A DNA stretch of 63,947 nt, the filler included, from Sluysia triapertura (taxonomy: Eukaryota), in NCBI GenBank assembly GCA_046118255.1. It is 5 parts of 5 records of this genome, joined end to end, with 100 filler letters (N's around TTAATTAATTAA, not from the genome) between each part and the next. Parts side by side here need not be neighbours in the genome. Positions count along the whole stretch, not along the records: positions 53,299 to 63,947 come from JBJNIA010193660.1; 4 more parts are not named here. One strand, 5' to 3'. Shown one piece after another: positions 53,299-63,947 of this stretch; within the stretch, counting starts at the first letter, position 1, and every line of letters starts with the position of its first letter. The position numbers and the translations under genes are program-made. A model generated the notes under the pieces. That model was not told the DNA's origin and searched no databases. It saw only the letters and a program-made list of their open reading frames with translations.

Positions 53299-54403
53299 TT
53301 TACTTTAAATCAATTTAATTATTTTAATTTAAATAATTAAATTTTTATTTTAAATAATTAAATTTTTATTTTAAATTATAAAATTAAATTAATCTTTACA
53401 ATATATGTAATATTGTGAGATGGAATAAATTAAAATAATTTATCTATTTTATGTTTAGAGAAATATGTTGAAAAATTAAAATAAATAATGAATATAAAAT
53501 AATGTATAATTTTAAATACGCAGACTGATTGATGGATATAATTTACCTTGTAAATTTCATATATTTCAATATTTTAAAATGTTTGTAAATTGCAAAATAA
53601 TTTACACACAAAACAATATGACAATTTTTTTGACCATTTTAATAAATAAAGTAAAATTTTAAGAGGATATTCGATGTTACAAATTTCATTTAATAAAAAT
53701 TATATAAAGTTTAAAAAAATACTTTAAAATAATTTAAAAAAATAAAGAACGTATAAGTTCTAGGTTTTTCAAAGAAATAGCTAACCAAAGGAAAAATCCA
53801 AACTTAACCTAATGCTGTGGTTTTCTAACACTTAACCTACGGCAAATTATTTTTGAGGAGAGTTCGGTTACAGCAATCGTCTTACAACGTATCGCTGGCA
53901 TTTCTGTAACTAATAAGTTAAAAGATCACTTAAAAAATAACGTCTCTATCTAACAAATTAATTGAAGAAGGTCTTACAATTACTAAATAATTTAATATTT
54001 AATTCAATAATTTAATAATTAAATAATGTAAAAAAACACTAATTCGTTCATTAAAAAATACACAATAAATCCAAACAGCTTAATATAGTAAATTATGAGA
54101 ACAAGATAAAATAATCAATTTTAAAGATGAAAGCTCCGTGAGCGTTCTAATAATAAAGTTTAAGTAGAATTTACCCCTAAATATATCGAGTACTTAAAAA
54201 ACTTTATAAATTAATGTAAAATTTAAGTAGATTTAACGATTTAAACGTTAAAATCTCCCTTAACAAATATATAATTTACCAAAAGTTTGATGGAATTCCA
54301 CAATTGATCGCTGGATAACTGATAATTGTGACGCTTACTAAATTCATAATTATCTTGAATGAAATTACCAAAAACTGTAAATATCAAGATGGCTTCGATA
54401 AAA

Positions 54404-54503
54404 TGGCAATTTTCAGTGTAAGATGCAAGTTTATATACCACTCATCATCCAATGAAAATCGATGGAATGTTCTAAAATATTCTAGGGCATTCTAGAAGCT
54501 TCT
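54404..54503 (-). promoter_or_regulatory. heat-shock-element promoter: HSE array, CCAAT, TATA, Inr
   Basis: 54464-54503 reads gGAAt gTTCt aAAAt aTTCt aGGGc aTTCt aGAAg cTTCt (8 alternating units, 6 perfect). CCAAT at 54449, TATATAAA on minus at 54437-54430, Inr-like CCATTTT 33 nt downstream. Confidence 0.65.
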
Positions 54504-56056
54504 AATCTATTTTTGGATGCTTATTTTCTATTTTAGAAATTTTATTTTCTTTTTTGGAAAATAATTGTTTTTAAGTAATTTTAAAAATTAATAATTGATT
54601 TTAAGATGTTTTATATGCATTAATTAATTTTTTGATAGTTTTAAATATTTTTAATTAATTTTAAGGTATCATTTAAATTATTTTATAGAGTTGTGATGAC
54701 AACTTAACAATTATTACGGTAATAATAATAATTATTATAAAGTTTTTAATTTAAACATAATTTAATTTCATTTAAAGTGGAAAATAAAATAAAAATTCGT
54801 ATAAATTACTAATGGAATTTTAATTTAGAGTTACTAATTCGTTTTATTCGAAAATTGTTTACTTTGAATGAATTAGATAAAAATTAAAGTATAAACTGTA
54901 AATAAAAACTTATAAGTATTTATTTATTTTGATTTTGGACAGTTTTAGCAGTTCTATACTTAACCATTAATGCTTAGAAAAAAGTAAACTTATATAACAT
55001 ATAAGAAACAAAAAATTTAGGATATAAAAAGTTTCAAAGAATAAAACATTTTCAAAACAATAATTATTATAAATTTTACTGATTAAAGTAGATAGCAAAA
55101 AATACAGCAAAATATGCATCAGAAATATATTTGGCTTTAAGAATAAAAGCTGATAAAATTTTTCCACTGCGAATTTTATAATTTTAATAAAATTTTTGCA
55201 TCAAAATAATAAGTCTCATTAAAAAAGTATATTAAGTTACATGCATCTATGTAGATAATATGTAGATAAATAAAACATAAATTTAAGTAAAACAAATTTA
55301 GAATTTATGAAAAAATAATTTTTTATAAATAATTTATATAAATTAAATACTAGATAAATATTTTCATTTAAATAATACTACAATTCATTAATGCATATAT
55401 AAATTATTGTAATAAAATACCTATCATGTGATTTAATTAGTTTCTAAATCAATCCAAACTAAAACAATTTTAAATACAAAATCTTACAATACTCTAATTT
55501 AATCATAACTATATATTTCAATCTAATATATAATTATAAATTATTTACTTGAAACCATTTTGATCGTAAATATCAAATAATAAGATTTGGTTTGGAAGCT
55601 ATCCTAAAAATATTACAAAAAATATTTGTTTAACATCATTTATAAATATTTCAAGGCAAAACATATTTCAATCTTTAATGAACATTTTTGCTTTGAACAA
55701 TAGTTGCTTTGATACTGTTTATTTTGTTTACGCACTAAAACGCTAAGGAAATATAAAGAAATAAATCATAGATTTGTAAATTCAAACGTGATTAAAAAGT
55801 ACTAGCGATAATTTCTGAAAGAAAAATAAAAATGTTTAGTAATATGATTAAATAATTTTCAAAAATCATACTTACGAAATATTTATTTATTGTCTTAGTT
55901 AAATAACTATTTGAATATTAAAATAATTTATACTAAAATACAAATATCCATCGACCGCAAACATTTACTACATATGATAAATCCGAAAATATTTTTTATC
56001 ATCAAAATAACTTTCTAAAATCATCGTATTTTGTGCTTGAGTTTCTTAATAAATTT

Positions 56057-56741
56057 TTAACCCTTTAACGCGAAACTTTTGCGAGGTACGGCTGTCATTA
56101 GTTGATCCTGGAAGGGTTATCACTTATCTATTTTATGAATATCTGATTTCATTTAGACGTGCAGGACATAGAAACTTATGTAATTTATTGCTATTTGGTT
56201 TAATTTTAAAGAATAAATTATAATTATAATAATAAATAATTATAATAAAATAAGTGCTGAGAAAATTAAAATTTGAAGAAGTTCAACTTATGGAAGATAG
56301 GTTACATTCTATTTTAGAGGCAGAAATATGAGTAGTAGAAATATACATCTACATAAGTTGAATTTCTATTGTGTACCAAAAAATAATCAAGTTAGAGAAA
56401 ATATTTCGTTTTATGAGTTCGTTTTATGGAAGTTTTAATGTACAATTTCTACTAGGAGGCTAAAATGAAACATTTTTCGCAAAACTCCAATTGAAATTTT
56501 AAATTTGCTAAGCGAAATTTTCATTTCGCACCAAAAGTAGACACAGAGACATCTTCAAATTGCAAGAAGATCAACTTACAGAAGGATAATGTATTAAGTT
56601 CTACATGCAAGAAGAATGTGTTTTTAAATTTTATTCTTACTAAAATATTATTCTAAAACAAAATAAATAATTGTTATTTTTTCATTTTTTGGAGTATGAG
56701 CGGCTTGCTTATTAAGTATATATCCGTAGTTAAAGAGATAA
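56057..56741. mobile_element. degenerate piggyBac-type non-autonomous element
   Basis: TTAA-ccctttaac at left and gttaaagag-ataa at right; internal inverted motif (ttcaacttatg / cataagttgaa). Confidence 0.45.
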
Positions 56742-57344
56742 ATAATGACATTTCTGAAATAAAATTTGGTGTAAAAATTTTTTAGACGAATTTATTCGTT
56801 ATTTTTTGTGATACATTTTCTGGTTACTCATAGCGACGTAATTCCTTTTCTTTACTGTATGATAAATCATTGACGTTAAAATATTTCAAACAGTAATTGA
56901 TATTTAATTATTTGCTTTCGTTTATAAATTTAATAATTGATTTTGTATAGATTAATATTTTGATGCAGTTACAATTAACTGAAAGCGATGAAATGGTCTA
57001 GGCGATACCTGGTTTAATTTTTTAAAAAATTATAGCAAAACTATAAGAAATTAATCTGTATTATTAAAAGTTTTTAAAAGTTATGAAATAAAAAATAAAT
57101 CAAGTTTTGGTTTCATCATTAATACAATAAGTATAAACGCTTATTATATTTTAAAGTTAAATTAAAAAAAGTTTATGTAATAGAATTGATAAATCAAAAT
57201 AGCCAGATTTACCATAAAAATTACATTAAATATAAAAGACTATTATGAGTAATAATAGTTAGTTATAATAATAATAATAGTTATTTAATCTTTAAAGTTA
57301 GTCTGTTTTCTAAACTATATTTTGTAAAAAAGGTTTAGACTATG

Positions 57345-57560
57345 ATGTCGTTTTAATGATGATACAGTCGAACTTGATTCCAGAGGATGCCTCACAGAAC
57401 TTCTAGTTTACCATTTATGTCTTACACCAAATCACTTGTACAACAATGGACGCATTATTGATAGAACACTAATTCCTTCTCCTGTGAACGTGGGCATGAT
57501 TACATTGGAACAAGGTTTTTGCTCGTCGGTCAAGATATGAAAACGAGAGAGGATTATGAA
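57345..57560 (+). pseudogene. possible anoctamin-like exon relic
   Basis: DSRGCLTELLV..YNN..LIP resembles anoctamin D.GGCL.EL..Q..NN..E..P. Isolated and degraded. Confidence 0.3.
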
Positions 57561-58134
57561 TACCTTTTATTAAAGTTTTTTATAAATCTATTAAATTGAT
57601 AGTTTATTTTGTATTTTTTAATAATAATAATCAATTAACCAAGCAATAAATTATTAATTATAGCAATGATTATAATTTTTATTAAAGTTATACAAGTTAA
57701 AAATATATTAATTAATATTTCTTTATAAATGTTATATTAAATTTAATACTATAAATAGACTGAGAAAAAGTTTGGCAGAGCAAATAAAGGTAATGACAGA
57801 TGATAGTAAATAAAGTTTTAATATATCATTATAATAATGATAATGATAATAATGAATATTATTATTGTTATTTTATGATTGATTTTAATAATTAACTTGT
57901 TTTAAAAATTATAATATAATATCTAGAAATATTTCCAGTACATAAGCAAACACAGGAAATTTTTTTCATAATGGATTTCCTTTAGTAAAATACTTTTACA
58001 ACAAATGACGTTAATTCAAGTTTTTGTTTTCTTTTTCAAAAGTTCATAAATCTTTCGAAGGAAAAGAAATAATAGATATCAAGGATGCAGAAATAAAAAC
58101 GATAAATATTTGTACGAAATACAATTAATTATTT

Positions 58135-58171
<37 letters not shown>

Positions 58172-58316
58172 ATAATTAAATTTTAGAAATATTTAATTAG
58201 ATTAAAAGTTAAAATTTTATTATTATCATTATTATTATTTGCATGCAATATTTTGCAGATCTAATCTGAAATATTTGTTTCTGTTCAATACATTATTTAG
58301 TTTATAATTTTTAAAT

Positions 58317-58526
58317 TTAACACGTTGTTTGTAGCGCCATGGGGTCACTGGTGACCGGTGAAGCCAAGTTTAAAATAAAATAATAGTGCCTTTCAGAGCC
58401 GAAGAGGTTACGGTTAACCTCAGTGAATTAAATGCGTCAGGAATGATTACAAAAATTAACTGTTCTGTTGTAAATAATACATACTGAAAAAGTCATGTAA
58501 AATTATCGTGGCATTCAACGTATTAT
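58317..58526. mobile_element. piggyBac-type MITE (degenerate)
   Basis: TTAA-cacgttg..gccatg at left and cgtggcattcaacgta-ttat at right; subterminal palindromes ggtcactggtgacc and gaggttacggttaacctc. Confidence 0.5.
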
Positions 58527-59577
58527 TGAGATATTTTAGGTTTGTGAAATTATATAATATATAAACAATATAATTTTATGGATACTTATTAAATAACAAG
58601 TACAGATGTGAAATATAAAGTTGTTTTATTTCCATGAATTTTAAATAAATTATTACAATAATACGACATGATAAAAGTAAGTAATTTATTTCATTATTTT
58701 ATCAAAGAAAGAAGATTTTATAAAGAAGACAGAACAAACAAAACTTGGAAAATCAAAACTAAGAATATAATATGTTATAAAGTTAGTATAATTAATAAAA
58801 TACAAAGCTTTATATAACAAGCTTATTAAATAGAAGCCTTACTTCAAACAGATCAAATATTTGTTTGTAAAAGAAATATCACAGTGATATAATTTGAAAT
58901 TAATCTATAATTGAAACTGCGAATATGGTTGATGTAACTTGTAAACTTTGTCGTAAGGAATGTGATAGTCCATGTTAATATACAAAATGTAGAAACAAAT
59001 ATACAAATATTTCTTTAGAGCATCAGGCTATTATATTTAATAAATAAATAATTTAAATTTATTAGAATTATTATAAATAATTTATTTTAAAATAAAATTA
59101 ATTCTTATGTCAATGTATCGCAATTACTAAAAATAATTATTCTTGCAAATTATTGTATAATAAACATATTATTATCAAAGAAACTGTGACACAATTAAAT
59201 TAGTAAATTTTAAAATATTATAAAATGTTCTTATAATTTTTAAAGTTAATTTTAATTCAAATGTATTCTACAATAGACATCGTTTAATTATGTCTGTCTT
59301 TGAGGGGGTATAATTTAATTGGTGTGGATTATTTAATGAATTTGGTAAGCGTGTGTGGTTAAGTGTATGAATTAAAATTATTTTTATTTAACTTTTTAAT
59401 TACGTAAAAATTATCTGAAACATGAAATTTGGAAAACATTAACGAAATATTAAACTTATCAATTACTAAAGTAGGCTTAAGGACTTTTAAAAATAACAAT
59501 TTTAAACAAACAACAACAAAATTTAACAGTTTATTAATACAATAAAATATAAAGAGAAAATATGTAAAAGTACTTAC

Positions 59578-60927
59578 ACCACTATGATGAAGGTTAATTG
59601 ATGTTTCTTTTATATAATCACAATTTAGAAAATCATCTTCAGTTAAAAATGTATCTACGTTTAAATGTTTTATATTTTCTATAATTTTTGAACATCGGTT
59701 TTCAGAAAATTTTTCTTTAGTTATAGTACTAGGCATAATCTTTGCATATTTTAGTTCTTTAGGAGCAATTCGGCACGTCAAATGAGAATAAGTAATACAA
59801 TCTTCGAAATCATCATCAAAACCCTTTATCATGTGCCTCAAACCACTTTTCGCTAGATAAAAATTAACATATATCATTAATATGTCATCTGGTGGTAATT
59901 CTTCAACATCATTAGTATTTTCACCAGATTTCTTCAGTTCGAAAATTTCTTGATATAAATAAGAGTTTATATCTTGTATACATCCAATACGAATAATTTG
60001 CCATAATAATTCTAAGATAGTTGTCAGAGAAGCATTGCAGACTTGATTTAAATCATTCGATCGCATATTAACCAATTTAGGTATGTTAAAAATGTTGATT
60101 GTTGCGATGACTCGTAAGGCATGTAACAAAGTTGGATATCATAACGATAATAAAACATAGTACAATTGGGGTAAATCTCATCGCACATAGTTGAAGAATT
60201 TTTAATACTAGTAACTTTCTGTATTAATTTACAATGAAGCGCATATCTTAATTGAGTAATTAAACGGTAATATAAACTTAGCATATTGTAATTACAAGGT
60301 GAACTAAATCCTTCAATAAATGATTGTAGCAAAATGCATAAAACGAATATACTAGTTAAATTATAAATCGTAGTTACATAATCATCAATACTTTATTTAT
60401 TTTTAAGAACATTTTAAAAATATATATATTTTCCATTTGAATTATAGTATTAAAATAAACCAGTCGGATATTTTATTACCAATACATATTAAATTGTATA
60501 ATAAATATGAATAGTTTTTTTATTTAGTCGTGTATCAAACGTAAAATAAAAAATTAGATTTAATTTTTTAGTAAAATACACTACAGTAAGTAAAATAACA
60601 GTAAGTAAAAATCAAAATAAAATAGATTTGGAATACAAAAAATTGGTATTAATTTTTAAATAATTTTTCTTGCTAAATATATGTATTAAACTATTTGAAA
60701 ATGTCATACGAAATAATTTCTTATTGAATTCCAATCGTAAGCAGTAAAATAAATTTTAAATAATTCAAACGAATGAATGAATTAGCAAAAAATGTTTCAA
60801 TGAACAATATCACGTTATTTTCTGTTATGACAGAATAACCCGATTTTGATTTAGCTTGCAACATTTTGTTTAAAGTAGAAATATAGGCGGATTGTTCAGT
60901 ACAAGGCATATTATCGTCTAATACCAT
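59578..60927 (-). pseudogene. PLS: plastin/fimbrin-like actin-binding domain 1 (CH1-CH2), divergent, apparently frameshifted
   Basis: EQSAYISTLNKML / LHCKLIQ / ILELLWQIIRIG / GEN..VEELPPDDILMIYVNFYL / IKGFDDDFEDCITYSHL..IAPK. Donor GTAAGT at 59577; frame change near 60130. Confidence 0.75.
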
Positions 60928-61699
60928 ACCTTCATCTTTTGGAATAATACTTAGATGTATTACTTTACATTACATAGTAAAAATGTTTTACTATTAAAAG
61001 AAGTATTAATGTCAATAGAGCTGAAAATTGTTGAGACACTTTTCTTCATTAGTGAAGAAACTATTTTTTGACATAACACATGCTTGGAATACCGCAGAAC
61101 TTCTTATGCTTATTGAAACTATTCTAAATATATGATTTAAATAAATTATAGAATTGTGATAATTCTACAATAAATAAATAATAATTATTGTTTGGACATT
61201 GTTTAGGTTAAAAGTGTCATCTGAACAGTTGATATGATAAATATAGTTTGATCATTTTCTCGTACTACAATGAAATTATTTGCTTTCGAATCGTGTTTCT
61301 CAGTATTTGATAAAGTAATATTCTCTATAGAAAGCACCGACGTATATCTTTTGCGACTGTAACATTCGAATAATTGACTTTCCATGAGACAGTTCAATTG
61401 AAATGTTGGAGTTATTAAAATAACAAATTTTATAACAGATACCAAATGCATATATAAACTGGGAAAAACAAAAGAATAAGAAAGGTTAGTATGTGGTAAT
61501 CGTGGCAATTATATTATACGACAATAATCCTAATAATTATTATATATTTTAACACGACTGGAATTATAATAACAATAGCTATAGTTCATGATAATTATAT
61601 ACAATGGTTATGCTTGTTTTTTTGAATGAGTCTAGTAGTTTGTTTGATGTTCTGTGTAAGTCGGTGATATTTTTATGTGATGAAGTATGGATATTATTT

Positions 61700-62170
61700 C
61701 TCTACACTATGACACACAAAAAATCACTGGAAGCACTTCATCGTACCCTGGAAGATTTAAGAGGTAATGAACAGATTTTTGGTGATGCACTCATACCAGT
61801 TATACCACGTCCAACACCTGCTCATGAACTTTATACATGTTGGAAATCATCAGTTTTATACGTGCACAACTACAACATGACATATCAGCTAAGTGTTTTA
61901 GAAAAATGGTAATTGAGGAATTCACAAAACCTTTATTACATTGACAATAAATTTCTGTAAAATCGCAGCTATCACAGTCGAACTGATTCACAAAGTTTTC
62001 TCAAATAACGCACAAAATTACAAAAATCGTCAATGCCATCGATTTTACCATGCAAAAGAAATTATCAGGCGAAGAAGTAGTCAATTATCACTAGATTTGC
62101 CTGGCATGTTTTAATATTGAAAACTGGTGTGCCATTTATTCTTCGAAATATTAATCCGCCACGACTTTGA
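61700..62170 (+). mobile_element. Helitron PIF1-like helicase relic
   Basis: TMTHKKSLEALHRTLEDLRGNEQIFG..PVIPRPTPAHEL..C.KSS.L, and later LILKTGVPFILRNINPPRL. The GDFRQ motif is deleted. Confidence 0.88.
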
Positions 62171-63947
62171 AAAATTTGATAAACAGTATCATAAAATATT
62201 CAATTTTAAGTAGAACATTTAAAAGAGATGTACTATTCTCGTTTTTAATGAATTTGTCGATTGATGACTATTAACTTATACTTCATCGATTTATTAAGAT
62301 AGATTAAAGTATATTTTAAGTTTTACTATAGTTTTTACATATTCTTTCGCATTTCTTAATATCAAAATCTTTACTTATACATTCTTTTAATAATCCTTCT
62401 CAATTACTTCAACTCCAACTTTATTTTTGTAGGTTTTAATGTAACTCCTTTTAGCATCTTCTATTAACGTATGCATTCTTCTTCCAATCTTTTTTGATTT
62501 GTTCTTCCTCTTTGATCCATTGAATACAAGTTTTCATCATACAATTTGATTTCTTTTGTCCAATGGAAAGTTCGATGTATATTCGAAATGTTTATAATTA
62601 CTTTATTGATAATTATGCTAATTATTCATTGTAATTTTTGATAAAACTTTTCTTAATTTCGATCTAGAAATTGCGAAGAAGAATTTCCATTAAATGCTGA
62701 TTTATAAAATCATTTTTAAATGCTTTCTTCTCGTTTATTATTGGACTGAAATTTATTCCTATTTTACTTTCGTTTTCCATTATTTAATACTGGTTTTGGT
62801 AAATTTGGAAATTTACAATACAAATTACAAATATATAGTACATATTGTAAAATTTTATAAGTTTATTAATAAAAATTTCTTAAAGACTTTTAAACTTATT
62901 TTGAATTTTAATTTAATAAGCTTTATTTTTAAATATTGTAATATTTTCTGATACATTAATTTCAATTTTATTATTTATATTGTATAAAAATATTTAGGTA
63001 GCTGAAATTTAGTCGAATCTAAGAATTTTTAATCTAAACAAGCAAGATTAAAGCTAAATTTCATAGTATTTTAGTATTTACATTCTTTTAGTTAATTTGG
63101 CCTCTTCGTATGTATTTTGTTAAATAATTTGCATCATTGTTTGGTAGTAGCATCAAAAGTATAAATTATTTTTCAAACTTCATTAGTTATAATATTTTTA
63201 TATCAAAAGCAATTCATTTATAGGTAAGTATATAGGTTCATATATAAGTTAGTGTATTGGTTAGATTAACAAAACCAGGTTAATTTATATTTATTTGTAC
63301 TAAATATATAATCTCTATTTGGTTACATAAATAGATAAATTTAGTTGGACTCATAAATTATAATGGATTTTAATGGATATTGTTATGTCGATCGTTATAG
63401 TACTTCGACTAAACAATTATAATATTAATAAAATCAAATATAAATGTTTTTATTATAAGTATTGATAAAATGATAAACAATTGTTCTAAGTATAATTTTA
63501 TCCGTTATTTGTTTTTTATATTTTATAGTTTAACTTTTAAATACAATTTTGCTGTGGTTTAGTGTTGGTGTAATTGTAACTATAATTCAACAATCGTAAC
63601 ATGTAATTTAACTAACAACTTCCTAACCTACGTAGATTAATTGGTAAATTGTTCTGTTTATACCACCTTTTTGTTTTTATTTTCAATAATTAAATAACAA
63701 TTACATTTATAATTGATTTGTTTACATTTTATTTTGATATGAAATGATAATGATTATAATAATAATTAAATGGTAATAATAATATTAAAATTAGTTATAA
63801 TATTGTTGGGATTGTCTTAGTTAGTGTATAGAATTTTAAAAAAATATATAATAAAATGATATGAAATAGCTGAAATATGACAATATAAACGTAATTAGTG
63901 AATAGTGAAATATTTATAATCATTTTGAAACCGAAGAATACCTTGGA

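Overview
This is very AT-rich metazoan nuclear DNA. Innexin, protocadherin and 40-50 nt GT-AG introns point to a spiralian invertebrate, but the species cannot be fixed from the sequence alone. The window is not one locus: four identical 100-nt spacers (N44-TTAATTAATTAA-N44 at 13221, 25713, 38826, 53199) join five contig pieces, so adjacency across them is unproven. Apparently intact host coding sequence: a CNNM Mg2+ transporter (two exons, 42-nt intron), a small single-pass membrane ORF, an innexin locus, a Ser/Pro-rich exon and the first coding exon of a protocadherin. The standout is the innexin locus. Two divergent, intact 5' exons (each N-terminus-TM1-EL1-TM2) lie in tandem, both end in a phase-1 donor at the same Gly codon, and both fit a single downstream exon (loop-TM3). 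This suggests a variable/constant gap-junction cassette; the remaining 3' exons were not found on this contig. The rest is DNA transposon relics (piggyBac-type MITEs, Tigger/pogo, Tc1/mariner, hAT, Helitron), retroelement relics (LINE, Gypsy, Penelope-like) and many decayed host-gene fragments (WDR7, Vav, SET, plastin; weaker ADAM, eIF5A, anoctamin). There is also a strong HSE-CCAAT-TATA-Inr promoter and a gene-free 13-kb contig with AP-1 site clusters. All homology calls come from motif recognition by eye; no database search was run.
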